Shown here one piece after another: positions 63,248 to 64,000 of a DNA stretch of 64,000 nt; within the stretch, counting starts at the first letter, position 1; the number at the start of each line of letters is the position of its first letter. This stretch comes from Octopus sinensis (taxonomy: Eukaryota), in the NCBI RefSeq assembly GCF_006345805.1, contig NC_043006.1:82026001-82090000 (forward strand), read 5' to 3'. A program made the position numbers and the translations under genes. Below the pieces are notes generated by a model. It did no database searches and was not told where the DNA came from. It saw only the letters and a program-made list of their open reading frames with translations.

Positions 63248-63469
63248 AGGGAATAATCACCTTGTGACCATCATTTACCATAGTCTCAAGTAGACAGATA
63301 CTTTTTGAAAGAGGAATTTGGTAAATGGAAAATGCAGAAAATTGTCATGTGTGTGTGTATCTATCTTTCACTGTTGTATACAAATAAAGGATGTAAACAT
63401 CAGTAAAAATCCAGTGCTTTTTGATCAAAGTCTTTTACAATGAATTAGAAATTATTTTCTTGTCACTCG

Positions 63470-64000
63470 CTAGTGGAAACGCTATGTGACAAGGTGGAAA
63501 TGGTGAAAGGGTTTTGCTTTTTGGGAGATAGGGTGAATGTAAGAGGTGGATGTGAAGCAGCTGTGACAGCAAGAGTGAGACTTGGTTGAGTGAAGTTCAG
63601 GGAATGTGGAGCATTATTATATGGGAAAAGGTTGTCATTGAAGAAGAAAGGAAGGGTTTATTGGAGTTGTGTGAGATATGCAATGCTGTATGGGAGTGAG
63701 AGGAAAAGCGGAATGGCAATTTTGAGAAGGACTGAGAGAGCAAATGTGAGAGCAATGTGTGGTGTGAAACTATTGGATGAAAGGAGGGCTGAAGACTTGA
63801 AAGGGATGCTGGGGTTGGAGGAATTGGTGGAACAGCTGACAAGGGCAAATGGAGTGTGGTAATATGGACATGTGTTGAGGAGGGATGAGGATTATGTTCT
63901 GAGGAGAGTGCTTGAGTTTAAAGTGAATGAACTGCAAAAGCAACGTCAACCAAAGAAAACGTGGAGGGGACAGGTGGAGGAGGAGATTAGGAGGGTTGGC
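63470..64000 (+). pseudogene. RTE-clade LINE ORF C-terminal region, runs off the window
   Basis: DKVEMVKGFCFLGDRVNVRGGCEAAVTARVRLG*VKFRE…KGRVYWSCVRYAMLYGSE…VW*YGHVLRRDEDYVLRRVLEF…RQPKKTWRGQVEEE. Two in-frame stops. Confidence 0.92.

Overview
AT-rich eukaryotic genomic DNA dominated by interspersed repeats and microsatellites. The repeat families and extreme microsatellite load suggest an octopus/coleoid cephalopod (inference from recalled repeat motifs, not a search). Almost every ORF in the supplied track is an artefact of microsatellites or SINEs. Supported content: an internally deleted DD37D (maT-type) Tc1/mariner relic with TIRs, RTE-clade LINE 3' fragments, a degenerate R4/Dong-type restriction-like-endonuclease fragment, a complete non-autonomous Helitron, piggyBac-like and other MITEs, at least four tRNA-related SINE families (labelled A, B, B2, D here), a near-perfect 323-bp palindrome and a 5.6-kb degenerate (TA)-rich array. 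No complete host gene is recognisable. The best candidate is a minus-strand chain of 37-40 nt exons at 54.0-55.3 kb encoding an EamA/SLC35G-like hydrophobic C-terminus. The most striking observation is five minimal type-I hammerhead-ribozyme-like motifs in three unrelated short repeat families, one of them joined to a tRNA-like Pol III head. Repeat boundaries were read by eye and are approximate unless a TSD or TIR fixes them.
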